In this document: positions 38,501 to 48,800 of the stretch, in pieces
Position numbering within the stretch: position 1 is the stretch's first letter
How the letters are laid out: each line of letters starts with the position of its first letter
Assembly (NCBI GenBank): GCA_965223265.1
Contig: OZ244999.1
Location: 2,048,001-2,112,000 of the forward strand
Direction of reading: 5' to 3'
Source: Planctomycetota bacterium
GTDB lineage: Bacteria; Planctomycetota; UBA8108; SXIK01
DNA length: 64,000 nt
Notes under the pieces: generated by a model
Seen by the model: the letters and a program-made list of their open reading frames with translations, nothing else
Told to the model about the DNA's origin: nothing
Database searches by the model: none
Translations under genes and position numbers: made by a program

Positions 38501-39985
38501 ATGAAGGGACTCTGCGTGTGCTTTGCGATCGTCAGTTTCGGCGGCCTGCCGCTCGCGAGCTGGCGAGCGGCCACGGCCGCGCCGGCCGCCAGACCGTGGA
38601 GCGCGGACAGCTTTCAGGGTGACTTCAACAGCGATGGTCAACTCAGCGTCAGCGACGCCGTCTATCTTCTGAACTTTCTTTTTCGCGGTGGGAAGGACTT
38701 GCCGCGACTGCGCACGGCGCGGAGCTCGCTGCCGTCGACTGGCCAGCGGCACTGCTGGTCGGCGACTGGTGAATTGCTCTCACCCTGTCCCGGCCCCGGC
38801 GAGGATGACTACGGTCAGGACGCCCAGTTTGGAGTCGGCTATGAGCACGACTTCGAGCTCATCAAGGATGATCCCGAGGATCCCTCCACTTGGATCACGG
38901 TCGATCACGCCATGGGGTTCATGTGGACCTACACCGACGACGGTGAGCGCAGGTCTTGGCTCGACGCGCTTCATGCTGTCGAGGAACTGGAGCTCGGCGG
39001 GTTCACCGACTGGCGCATGCCGAACCTCTTCGAGCTGGTGTCGATCATCAATACAGGTGCCATTCTGGACGAGAACCGCAACGATGTGTTTCAAGTCGTG
39101 ACGTACGGAGAGTTTTTTTCCGTCGCTCGTGAGCTCTACTGGACTTCCACGACTTGCGCATCGAATACACGACGTGTCTATGCCGTGTCGTTCGACGAAG
39201 GGCGGGTTTTGTGCCCTGACAAGGGATTGGGGAGCGTGATCGATATTCGCCTTCCTAGCTTGTGGATTCGCTCTACTGATTCGTCACCACCGATCGAAAC
39301 AGTTCAAGGCGATGCTGACGGAGACGGTGATCTCGACGTCAACGATGCTCTCTTTCTCCTCGATTCTCTTTTCGCAGCTGGTGATCCTCTGCCGATGTTG
39401 CGTACTTCGGACCGTAGCCTGCCGTCGACCGGCCAGATGAACTGCTTCGTGATGCGTGGCATGCTACAGGCTCCGTGCCCGCAGCCAGGTACGCCAGGAT
39501 ATGGTCAGGATGGTCACTTTCGGCTTGGCTATGCACACGAGTTTGAACTTGTCCGAGATCGACCAGAGGATGCGTCGACCTGGTTCACAATCGACTATGC
39601 GACGGGACTCATGTGGAGCTACGGAGCCGACACTCAGCGTCGGAATTGGCGAGACGCGCTTCGACATGCTGCTGAGCTCGAACTGGGCGGATTCACCGAT
39701 TGGCGTCTGCCGACAATGCTAGAACTTGTGACCTTGCTGAATGCGGGTCAATCCGTGGACGAAGACGGCAATCTCGTATTCCGGCGAACGTCGAGCTACG
39801 AAGGAGTCTTCTCGCTCTTCCCTGGTCCTGACTATTGGACCGCCACGACGTGCTCTTTCCGGGCGAGCCGCACCTACACTCTCAATTTTTTCTCAGGAGG
39901 GCTCAAGTGTAGCGACAAGGGTAAAGACTTTTTTCCTTCTCTTCCGGTGCGCTCTCTTGGCCCAGCCGAAGGATCAACGCCGTAG
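38501..39985 (+). CDS. Tandem DUF1566 protein (two dockerin-loop + DUF1566 modules)
   Basis: Two copies of GDxxxDG..LPSTGQ..YGQD..GGFTDWR(M/L)P..YWT. Confidence 0.8.
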   Translation: MKGLCVCFAIVSFGGLPLASWRAATAAPAARPWSADSFQGDFNSDGQLSVSDAVYLLNFLFRGGKDLPRLRTARSSLPSTGQRHCWSATGELLSPCPGPGEDDYGQDAQFGVGYEHDFELIKDDPEDPSTWITVDHAMGFMWTYTDDGERRSWLDALHAVEELELGGFTDWRMPNLFELVSIINTGAILDENRNDVFQVVTYGEFFSVARELYWTSTTCASNTRRVYAVSFDEGRVLCPDKGLGSVIDIRLPSLWIRSTDSSPPIETVQGDADGDGDLDVNDALFLLDSLFAAGDPLPMLRTSDRSLPSTGQMNCFVMRGMLQAPCPQPGTPGYGQDGHFRLGYAHEFELVRDRPEDASTWFTIDYATGLMWSYGADTQRRNWRDALRHAAELELGGFTDWRLPTMLELVTLLNAGQSVDEDGNLVFRRTSSYEGVFSLFPGPDYWTATTCSFRASRTYTLNFFSGGLKCSDKGKDFFPSLPVRSLGPAEGSTP

Positions 39986-40205
39986 GTTCGGCCGTGGGAA
40001 AGCGGTCGAGGGAGGTCCACGCGCGGTGGAGCCCGGCCCGTGAAGTGCGTCGGGTTGCGCACGAGAGAGGCAAGCGGCGTGAGCGCGGATTTGACGACTC
40101 TGCGCTCCTCCGCATCCTGTGGTAGAAACTCTTCTACCGTAGAGGTAGGAAGAGTGGGGAGTTCGAGGGCGGCACGCCGCTGCAACGCTGACGCTACGCT
40201 CTTCC

Positions 40206-40317
40206 AAAGTAGTGGGCACACGCTGTGTACCGTCCGGCCGTGTGCGTGAGCGTGTGCGTCTCCCAAAGTAGCAGGCACACTCCGTGTGCCGTCCGGTCTT
40301 GTGACCGTGACCGTGAG
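40206..40317 (+). repeat. Two REP-like units of the locus A family with short hexamer spacers
   Basis: AAAGTAGTGGGCACACGCTGTGTACCGTCCGG (from 40206) and AAAGTAGCAGGCACACTCCGTGTGCCGTCCGGTCTTGTG (40265-40303), with GTGTGC/GTGAGC/GTGACC hexamers. Confidence 0.85.
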
Positions 40318-40438
40318 TTGCGACGGCAGTCTCAATGATTTCACAGTCTCGCCGTGTGCCGCCGGAGGTCCAGATCGAACCGAAGGAAGATCGGAACGGC
40401 ACTCGTCGTGAGCCTGCTACTTTGGGAGATCCGCGGCG

Positions 40439-42349
40439 TTAGTCAGCGCTCCGCGCACTCGCCGTTGTGCTCGACCGCTGATTTTGGATCGCCTCGACGA
40501 CCTGGTCGATCGTGTAGAAGTCGCTCTTGAAGACCTCATCGCCGCTCGGCGAGTAGATCACCAGGAGCGGGATGGTCAGACGCCCCGTTTCCTTGAGCTT
40601 CGCCTTGGCGGCGGGGTAGTTTCCCGTCAGATCGACCTTGATGGGGACGACGTCGGGTGCGGCGAGGAGACTCGCGACCCGCTGACTGTGCAGCACCGTC
40701 TCTTCGAGTGCCTTACAGTTGAGACACCACTCCGCGGTGAAGTCGACGACGACCACTTTCTTCTCTCCCTGCGCTGCTGCGAAGCGCTCCGGCGTGAAGT
40801 AGACCCACTCGATGGGGCCCGACTCGGTGAGCCGCACTGCGCCGCCGATCGACACGAGCATGATCACCACTCCGAGAGCGCCGTAGAGCATGCGCTTGAT
40901 CTTTCCCGGCGTGATCTGAAACGTGCGCCACGACAGCCAGAAGCCGGCGCAAAAGCTCAGCGCCATGACCATCCACCAGTAGGCCCGGCTGGGTGGATCC
41001 GGGGGCGTGTTGAGGAGCGCACTGAGGCCGACGCCGAGAAAGTAGGCTGCCGCCGCGAGCATGAGGAGGCCCATCACCTGCTTGATCAGCTCGCTGGCAG
41101 GTCCGCTACGCGGCATCTTCTTCACCAAGTCGGGAAACGCCGACAGAATCAAATAGGGCAGCGCCATGCCGACGCCGATCGCCGCAAACGTCGTCAGCGT
41201 CGTTGCCGCTTGCTGCGTTGCCGCCCAGGCCGCTGCTGCGCCCATGAATGGTGCTGTGCACGGCGTCGACAGCACCGCCGTCATGATGCCAAAGCCGAAC
41301 GAGCCGAGAATGGTGTCGTGCTTCGGCGTGATCTGGTAGACGAACGCCGGCAGGCGCAGCGAGAACACCCCGCACATGCCCACGGCCATGATCGCGATCA
41401 CGGCACCGACGGAGATCGTGAACAGAGGGTATTGGAAGAGCTGGTTGGTGGCAGAAAAGTCGGCCACCTTGGCGACGAGAAGCCCGAGGCCAAGCCAGAA
41501 CGCCACCACCCCGAGTGACATGGTCAGCCCGAGCGCGAAGCAGCGGGCGCGGTTGCCCGCCGCCTGGGAGAGCCCGATGATTTTGATCGGAATCACGGGG
41601 AGGACGCACGGCGTGAAGTTGAGCAGAAACCCGCCGAGTGCTGCGACCACCAACAGCAACAGGAAACCGAGTGAAGAGGCAGCGTCGATCTCGAACTTCC
41701 AGCCGAAGAGGTCGAAGCGCACGGTTTCTTTTGGTAGCTCGGCGGCTCTGTAGTCTTTGAACAGCTCTTCGTTGATTCGCGACACTACAGCGTCTGCAGC
41801 GACGATCTCGAGGGTGGCGGTGTGGCGCTCTGGCTTCGGAATGAGGCAATTGGTGTCGTCACACGCTTGAGACTCGATGTCGAGCGTGATGACCTGCTGG
41901 CCAGGCTTCGCGTCGTCGCCGACTCGCACCGGGAGATAACAGATCGTTCGCCCCGAGAACGAGTAAAGGTCGCCGTCCGCGTAATTCACTTTCACCGGGT
42001 GCGGCTTGGGAAAGCGTACCCGCTCGAGCGTCAACGCATCGCCGGCGTCAGCGACGTTGATCGACGTCGGGTAGGGCTCGAAGTCGCCTACTGGGACGAC
42101 CTGATGCTCGTCAGGGTTGATGTGATAGCCGGCCGCAATGTCAGCGACGATGGCGAGAACCACGGCGTCGCCCGGTCGTGCCTTGTCCTGGTTCCACTGG
42201 ACGCTCCACTGGACCGGATTTTCGGTCGGCTCCGTAGCCGCGGGCGTCTTCTTCTTACCGAGGATCAGCTGAGCCTCGAGCGGGTCGGCCGTCAGGCCGA
42301 AAAGGAACAGTCCGAGCACGAAGGGCAGAAAGCGATGGATGTTTTTCAT
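40439..42349 (-). CDS. DsbD-like thiol:disulfide interchange protein
   Basis: N-domain QACDDTNC; TM domain TPCVLP and TPCTAP; C-terminal thioredoxin FTAEWCLNCK. Confidence 0.88.
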   Translation of the reverse strand: MKNIHRFLPFVLGLFLFGLTADPLEAQLILGKKKTPAATEPTENPVQWSVQWNQDKARPGDAVVLAIVADIAAGYHINPDEHQVVPVGDFEPYPTSINVADAGDALTLERVRFPKPHPVKVNYADGDLYSFSGRTICYLPVRVGDDAKPGQQVITLDIESQACDDTNCLIPKPERHTATLEIVAADAVVSRINEELFKDYRAAELPKETVRFDLFGWKFEIDAASSLGFLLLLVVAALGGFLLNFTPCVLPVIPIKIIGLSQAAGNRARCFALGLTMSLGVVAFWLGLGLLVAKVADFSATNQLFQYPLFTISVGAVIAIMAVGMCGVFSLRLPAFVYQITPKHDTILGSFGFGIMTAVLSTPCTAPFMGAAAAWAATQQAATTLTTFAAIGVGMALPYLILSAFPDLVKKMPRSGPASELIKQVMGLLMLAAAAYFLGVGLSALLNTPPDPPSRAYWWMVMALSFCAGFWLSWRTFQITPGKIKRMLYGALGVVIMLVSIGGAVRLTESGPIEWVYFTPERFAAAQGEKKVVVVDFTAEWCLNCKALEETVLHSQRVASLLAAPDVVPIKVDLTGNYPAAKAKLKETGRLTIPLLVIYSPSGDEVFKSDFYTIDQVVEAIQNQRSSTTASARSAD

Positions 42350-42650
42350 GGCTGCAGATGAACGTTCGATCCAGGAGAGATAGTTCCCACCGACGGCGGC
42401 CAGTGTACCCGAACACCCGAGCAACGACAGCTGTCTCGTACCGCTTCACAGGATGTATAGTGGCCTCGGAAGGCCTTGGATTCGGAACGATCATCGCCGC
42501 TTCGAGGCGAAATCGCGTGAGCGACGGCCCGGAGGTGCCCATGCGCCCGGCTGGCACTGGGTGAACATTTGTTGTACACTTCCTCCTTCGGCCGCAGCCG
42601 AATAACGAACCTGTGAGGGCGGTGGAATCGCCCTCGAGTCGGAGGAAGAC

Positions 42651-42968
42651 ATGTCTCTCGAATTCAATGATGCCAACTTTCAGTCCGAGGTCCTCGATGC
42701 CGAGCAGCCGGTCGTGGTCGATTTCAGTGCTGCATGGTGCGGCCCGTGTCGGCAACTTGCGCCGATCATCGATGAGCTCGCTGATGAGTACTCTGGCAAG
42801 GTCAAGGTGGGCAAAGTGGATATCGACGATGCCCAGGAGACTGCCGGCAAGTACGGCATCATGAGTGTCCCGACCGTGCTCATCTTCAAGAGCGGCCAGC
42901 CGGTCGACCAGATCACTGGTCTCTTTCCCAAGAGTCAGTACAAGCAGAAGATCGACGCGCTTCTGTGA
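42651..42968 (+). CDS. trxA: Thioredoxin
   Basis: WCGPC active site, 105 aa. Confidence 0.96.
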   Translation: MSLEFNDANFQSEVLDAEQPVVVDFSAAWCGPCRQLAPIIDELADEYSGKVKVGKVDIDDAQETAGKYGIMSVPTVLIFKSGQPVDQITGLFPKSQYKQKIDALL

Positions 42969-43435
42969 GTGCCGGCGCCACGCGCAGCGCGGGGAGTGAC
43001 ATGGCAGGTCGCGAGCCTGAAGGGAATCGAGCGCAGGACACCGGTCGACCCGGCGTCCCGGCTGCGTCGAGCCTTCTCGAAACCCACTTTCTCGAGCCGC
43101 AGAATACGGGCGTGCTCGAGGGAGCCGACTGGAAGGTTCGCATTGAGAATCCTGTCTGCGGCGATTTGCTCGATCTTTATGTCCGGCGCGACTCGGAGCA
43201 GCGCATCGAGGCGTGTACGTTTCAGGTTTACGGCTGCCCGGCCGCGATTGCCGTCGGGTCATTTCTCTCTTCTTCACTTCAGGGCCGGAGCCTCGACGAC
43301 CTTGCGCAGTTCGATCAGGAGACGATCTCCACCGCCTTCGGGGGAATACCAGCGGCGCAGGTTCACGCCGCTCACCTTGGCGCGGACGCCGTTCGTGAAC
43401 TCGAACGCCTGTGGCGCCGGGGCGAAACCGAATGA
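42965..43435 (+). CDS. IscU/NifU-N-like Fe-S scaffold homolog
   Basis: HFLEPQNTG, NPVCGD and YGCPAAIA motifs. Confidence 0.8.
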   Translation: MSAGATRSAGSDMAGREPEGNRAQDTGRPGVPAASSLLETHFLEPQNTGVLEGADWKVRIENPVCGDLLDLYVRRDSEQRIEACTFQVYGCPAAIAVGSFLSSSLQGRSLDDLAQFDQETISTAFGGIPAAQVHAAHLGADAVRELERLWRRGETE

Positions 43436-44769
43436 CCGTCACGACGTGTGAACATGCCTCGCCGGACCAACCGTCAGCAAAGAAGTCGATGCCAGCGAAG
43501 AACATGATGCAGCCGATGGACGCGCTTCGTGAGCGTGGCCTCTTCCACCAGTCGACGGATGACGAGAGCGACGAGAAGCCTCTCGCCAAGCTCTTCAGTT
43601 CGAAGCGGGTGACGCTCTACTCTGGTTTCGACCCGACGGCGCCGAGCCTGACGATCGGGAATCTTGTGCCGACGATGATGATGGCGCATCTGCAGCGCGC
43701 CGGACACCGTCCGATCGCGCTGGTCGGCGGCGGCACCGGCCTTGTCGGCGATCCCAGCGGCAAGACCGAGATGCGACAGCTGCTGGCGACGGACGACGTC
43801 GAGCGCAATCTCGAGGCTCAGAAGGAGCAACTGGGGCGCTACTTGGATCTCAGCGGTGATCCTGAGGCTGACGACCAGTGTGGCTTTGTCGTCAACAACG
43901 CTGACTGGCTCGTCGAGCTGAACTATATCGAGTTCCTGCGGGAGATCGGCCGTCACTTCAGCGTCAATCGCATGCTCGCCGCCGAGAGTGTGAAGCAGCG
44001 AATAGAAAGTGCATCCGGGCTGTCGTTTCTGGAGTTCAACTATAGTCTCCTGCAGGCGTACGACTTCCTCGTTCTCAGCCGCCGATATGGCTGTGAGCTG
44101 CAGGTCGGAGGGGGCGACCAGTGGGGCAATATCGTTGCCGGAATCGATCTCATACGTCGTGCGGACGGGCGACGAGCTCACGCCCTCACCGCCCCTCTGC
44201 TGACGACTGCCAGCGGCCAAAAGATGGGAAAAACCGAAAAAGGCTCGGTTTGGCTCGATGCGACGCGCACATCCCCGTACGATTTCTACCAGTACTGGAT
44301 CAATTGCGACGACCGTGATGTGATCCGATTGCTGAGGACGTTTACGTTTTTGCCGTTCGAAGAGATCGCCGCGTTTGAAGAACTGGAAGGCGCCGATCTG
44401 CGGCAGGCGAAAGAAGTGTTGGCCTACGAAACCACAAGTCTAGCGCACGGCGAGGAGGAGGCGAAGAAAGCGCGCGCCGGGGCGCGCTCGCTATTCGGCG
44501 GTGGTGTGGCTGAAACCAAGGGGGCGCCATCCTTTGACGTCGAGTCCGCTCGTATCGATGCGGGCATCGGTGTGCTGGAGCTGGCAGCAGAAGCCGCGCT
44601 GTGTGAATCGAGAAACGCGGCACGTCGGCTGGCCCGTCAGGGTGGCCTTTACGTCAACGGCAACGCCGTAGCGGAGGACTACACTGTGACTGCGGCGGAC
44701 CTTGAGGATGGCGCTGTGCTACTCAGGGCCGGAAAGAAACGGTACCTACGTATCACGCTGTCTCAGTAA
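43432..44769 (+). CDS. tyrS: Tyrosine--tRNA ligase
   Basis: YSGFDPTAPSL, GDPSGK, LQAYDF, GGDQWGNI, KMGKT, S4 tail; exact start uncertain. Confidence 0.95.
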   Translation: MTVTTCEHASPDQPSAKKSMPAKNMMQPMDALRERGLFHQSTDDESDEKPLAKLFSSKRVTLYSGFDPTAPSLTIGNLVPTMMMAHLQRAGHRPIALVGGGTGLVGDPSGKTEMRQLLATDDVERNLEAQKEQLGRYLDLSGDPEADDQCGFVVNNADWLVELNYIEFLREIGRHFSVNRMLAAESVKQRIESASGLSFLEFNYSLLQAYDFLVLSRRYGCELQVGGGDQWGNIVAGIDLIRRADGRRAHALTAPLLTTASGQKMGKTEKGSVWLDATRTSPYDFYQYWINCDDRDVIRLLRTFTFLPFEEIAAFEELEGADLRQAKEVLAYETTSLAHGEEEAKKARAGARSLFGGGVAETKGAPSFDVESARIDAGIGVLELAAEAALCESRNAARRLARQGGLYVNGNAVAEDYTVTAADLEDGAVLLRAGKKRYLRITLSQ

Positions 44770-44913
44770 ACGCGCGAATCAATCATCGAGACGAGAGGCT
44801 CGAGTCGTTCGAGCCACCTGTCACACCGTCTCCCTCCGAGGATGTCAGCTGCGGCGCGACGACTCTCGCGAGAGAAGCGGGATTCATCATCGGGTCATCG
44901 AGGAGCACGGAGA

Positions 44914-45252
44914 ATGGAATACGAAGATAAGGTCATCGTTTGTGAGGACTGCCAGACGGAGTTCACACATTCGGGAGAGGATCAAGCACGCTACGCGAGC
45001 CGAGGCTTCACTTCGGATCCGAAGCGTTGCCGCGAGTGTCGTCAAAAGCGCAAAGAGAGGTCACAGCAAAGTCGCGGCGGGGGCGGTCCTCGGCGTGGCG
45101 GTGGTGGTGGCGGGGAGTTCGCAAGTCGGCGCCACCGCGAGGAGTTCGAGACGGTGTGCGCCGCCTGCGGCGTGACGACGACGGTGCCGTTCAAGCCGCG
45201 TGGGGACCGCCCGGTGTACTGCCGCGACTGTTTTCGATCGCAGAAGCAGTGA
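44914..45252 (+). CDS. Zinc-ribbon / CxxC-x17-CxxC domain protein
   Basis: CEDC..F..PKRCREC and CAACG...VPFKPRGDRPVYCRDCF. Confidence 0.88.
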   Translation: MEYEDKVIVCEDCQTEFTHSGEDQARYASRGFTSDPKRCRECRQKRKERSQQSRGGGGPRRGGGGGGEFASRRHREEFETVCAACGVTTTVPFKPRGDRPVYCRDCFRSQKQ

Positions 45253-45260
45253 GGCGGTGG

Positions 45261-45700
45261 GAGGCGGAGACGGAGACAGAGGCGGAGACGGAGACAGAGA
45301 CAGAGGCGGAGACAGACCCTACAGTTGCATAGATTTCTCGCCGGAAGATCTCGGAAGCTCTTGTTCTACGGCTCGATCCGCGGTTGTGGGACGTCGCGGC
45401 AGACTTCACGTTTGGTGAGGTTTCCCGGAGTGCCTGCTCTACCGCCAACGCTCACCCACACACCCTCACACCCGCACTCTCTCACGCCCACCCGCTCACG
45501 CCCCGCACTCGCCCTCCCACTCGCTCACGGTCTTGAAGTGTTTCTCTTTTGCAACATTGGGGACAAAGGCGGAAGGCTCGCACGCCCGCGCAAACGCAGA
45601 TTACCACGCTTACGCAAACGTACACTCCCACACACGCCCACTCGCACTCCGACTCCCACGCAAACTCCCCTCGCGCTCTCCCCGGCCCACGCTCGCTCCT
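45261..45700 (-). repeat. Composite repeat locus C (degenerate)
   Basis: Minus strand: degenerate GTGnGn hexamers about 45700-45578, leader 45562-45529, GTGnGn tract to about 45450, TCTGTC/TCCGCC hexamers about 45317-45261. Confidence 0.8.
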
Positions 45701-45740
45701 CGCCCTTGGACCCGGCCGCCGATGCGACCGCGGCACGACG

Positions 45741-45773
45741 AAAAAAAGCCCGGTTCCCTTGCGAGAACCGGGC
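45741..45773 (-). terminator. Rho-independent terminator of the 45826-48942 gene
   Basis: Stem GCCCGGTTC/GAACCGGGC with A7 on the + strand (U7 on the - strand). Confidence 0.85.
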
Positions 45774-45825
45774 AGGCAGGACGTTAACCACGCCTCGTGA
45801 AAGCGTCGGCGTGAGTCAACTGAGG

Positions 45826-48800
45826 CTACGCGTCACACCAGTCGTACTCGGCGCAGTCGAGAGGATCTTCCGTCGGATCCTCGCCGCAGCGCGACACAGG
45901 TGGCGGTGGCGGCGGAGCTCCCCTGACGAACAGGGCGTTGAGGCCGTAGAGTCCGTCTGAGATATCCATCCCACCGTCGTCGTTGACGTCACAAGCGTCG
46001 TCGCACGTTGGCGTGTCGGAGCCTTCCACGAAGAGGTAGTTGAGGCTGAAGAGGGAGTCAGAGATATCCATGGTGCCGTCGTTGTTGCAGTCACCACGGC
46101 GGAATCCCTCTTCCTCTCTGCGGCAACGCCAGCAGATCTCGTCGATGCAGATCTCCGCACCTTCGATCGTGACGCGGCGGATCTCCGGTCCGCTCAGGAT
46201 CACCGTTTGCGGGCCACCAGCAGCTGGCGCGACCTGGGTGTCGACCAGTGCACCGCCAGCGTCGAACGCACGCCACGTGCTCGGCGGGGCGCCTTGCGAG
46301 AAGGTGATCGCCACCTCGACGGGGTAGGCTCGGTCGCAGAGCTGCTCAAAGCCGATCACGGCTGGAATTGGCGCGGTCGCCTCGCTCCAAGGCACTTCGA
46401 TCTCGAGGTCGCCGTCGTCGTCGCAATCCCGGATATTGAGTGGGACAATCCCGACAAAACCCGGCAGGACGGCTGCGTGGATCGAGACGCCGTCGAGATC
46501 GATACTCGGCAGGTTCGGCGTCGGCCGACTGAAGCTGGTGCTGGCGTCGCGGCACGTCTCCGGAGGCTCCCGGGGCGGCTCGCAATCCCAGCAGATGCGG
46601 TCGATGCAGATCTCAGCACCGCGTACGAGCACTCGAGCGATCGGTTCCGCCGCGGCGAGCACCACGGTTTGCGGCAATCCTGGATTCAGCGTCACCTCGG
46701 CGTCAACGACACCGCCGCCGACACCAATCGCGGTCCACAGGACCTGCTGGCTACCCTGACGGAAGGAGATCTCGACGCGATAAGGACCGTCCCCGTCACA
46801 GACGCGGGATAGGTGGATCATCGCCGGCTTCTCCCAGTCTGGGCTGCTCTCGAGGATGAAGACTTCGAGCTGGCCGTCGTTGTCGCAGTCCACGACGCGG
46901 ACTGGAACGACCGCACCACTTTCGTCGACACCAGCGGAGACCGCTGCGCCGCCAAACTCGATGGTCTCGTCCTCGAACGCTTCGTCGTAGAACTGACCAG
47001 GTTCGAGGCAGTCCTCAGGTGGTTCGCGTGGATCACAGTCCCAGCAGATTTCGTCGATGCAGATCTCAGCACCTGTGACTTCGACGTAGAGGATCGGCTT
47101 GACACCGCCGAGCACCACGGTCTGGCTGTCAGGGACCTGTACTGTGGTCTCGGAATCCACCACGCTGCCGTCGGCGGCGTAGGCGACCCACTTGACCTCG
47201 TTGACGAACTGACGGAACTTGATCGAGACGCGAGAGGGTTCGCCCGGTTCGCAGACGCCGCGGAACCAGAGGCGGGCCAGTTGCTGCGCCGTCTCCTCGC
47301 TCCAGGGAATCTCCAGCTCGAGCTCGCCGTCGTCGTCGCAGTCGTGGATGTTGAGACCAGCGACGTCGCCATTGGGTAGCACCGCAGCGCGAGCACGGAA
47401 CTGGTCCATGACGACCAAGTTGAGGTCGAACGCAGGACCACCGAAGAACGTGCCTGGCTTGACGCACGGCTCGTCTTCGCGGACTGGCTCGCAGTCCCAG
47501 CAGATCTTATCGATGCAGATCTCAGCGCCGACGACTTCGACCCACATGATGGTTTGCGCACTCTCGAGAACGACGGTTTGCGCATTCATCATCTGGAAGG
47601 TCGTCTTGACGTCGACGAGCGCACCACCCGGCGAGTAGGCACGCCACTCGACTTCTGGAACGCCTTGCGAGAAGGTGATCTCGACGCGGGTCGGTTCGCC
47701 TGGATCGCAGGCGCCGCGGAAGAAGATCTTGGCCAGTTCTTTGCCGCTTTCCTCGCTCCAGGGGATCTCGAGCTCGAGCTCGCGATCGTTGTCACAGTCG
47801 CGGATGTTGAGGCCGGCGACTTCGCCGGTCGGGAGCGTGGCTGGCGTCGCCCGCACCGGACCGAGATCGACGGGATTGAGCCCGAGCGCTTCGCGGTCGA
47901 AGAACTCGTCGGCGCTCACGCAGCGATCGGCGGGGGCGCGACAGCGCCAGCAAATTCGGTCGATGCAGATTTCGGCGCCGACGACTTCAACGTAGAAGAT
48001 GCCGTCGTCGCTGGCGAGCGTCACCGACTGTTGCATGCCGAGGTTCGGCGTGACCTCGACGTCGACCATGTCACCCGCTGGTGAGTAGGCGACCCACTTC
48101 ACTTCCTCAACGCCGTGCCTGAAATCGATCGTCACAGCCTTTGGGGCGCTGCCTTCGCAGACCGGCTGGAAGAAGATCTTGGCGAACGTTAGCGCCGTCT
48201 CCTCGGACCATGGAATTGAGAGCTCGAGCTCACCGTCGTCATCGCAATCGACCACGTCGAGGCCGACGATGTCGCCGTTGGGAAACCGCGCTGAATTGAC
48301 CGACACCGGCCCGAGGGGGATGGTCGCCTGGCCGAAGAGCGGGCGGTCGTAGTGGTCTTCCGCCTGCACGCAATTCGTCGGCGGAGTCGTCGTCGGACAC
48401 GTCCAGCAGATGAGATCGACGCAGATTTCGGCTCCGACCACTTCAATCCAGCGGATTCCACCGACATACTCCAGTTGAATCGTCTGGTTGGTCGCCGAAG
48501 CGGGTGACACGACGGTGTCGACCCAGACGCCTGCCATGTCGAACGCTCTCCACGTCGCGGTCTCAGAGCCCTGGCTAAAGGTGAAGCTGACGCGATTCGG
48601 CCCCGTCCCCGGGCACGCGTCCCAAACGAGGAAGCGGGCCGGCGGCGCCGCATCCTCGGAGCTCAGACGAATGAATAAATCGAGCTTCTCGTCTCGGTTG
48701 CAGTCCATGATCGCCAGCGGCATGGCGGCACCATTCGGACTGACCGCTTGTTGGACCTTGATGGGGCCCAAGACGACTTCGTCGTGCGTGCCTTCGTCGG

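Noticed and set aside
25015-39985. Diversity-generating retroelement (Avd-like gene + DUF1566 targets)
   Set aside because: No reverse transcriptase and no TR/VR pair with adenine-specific differences seen in the window; the components are about 9 kb apart.
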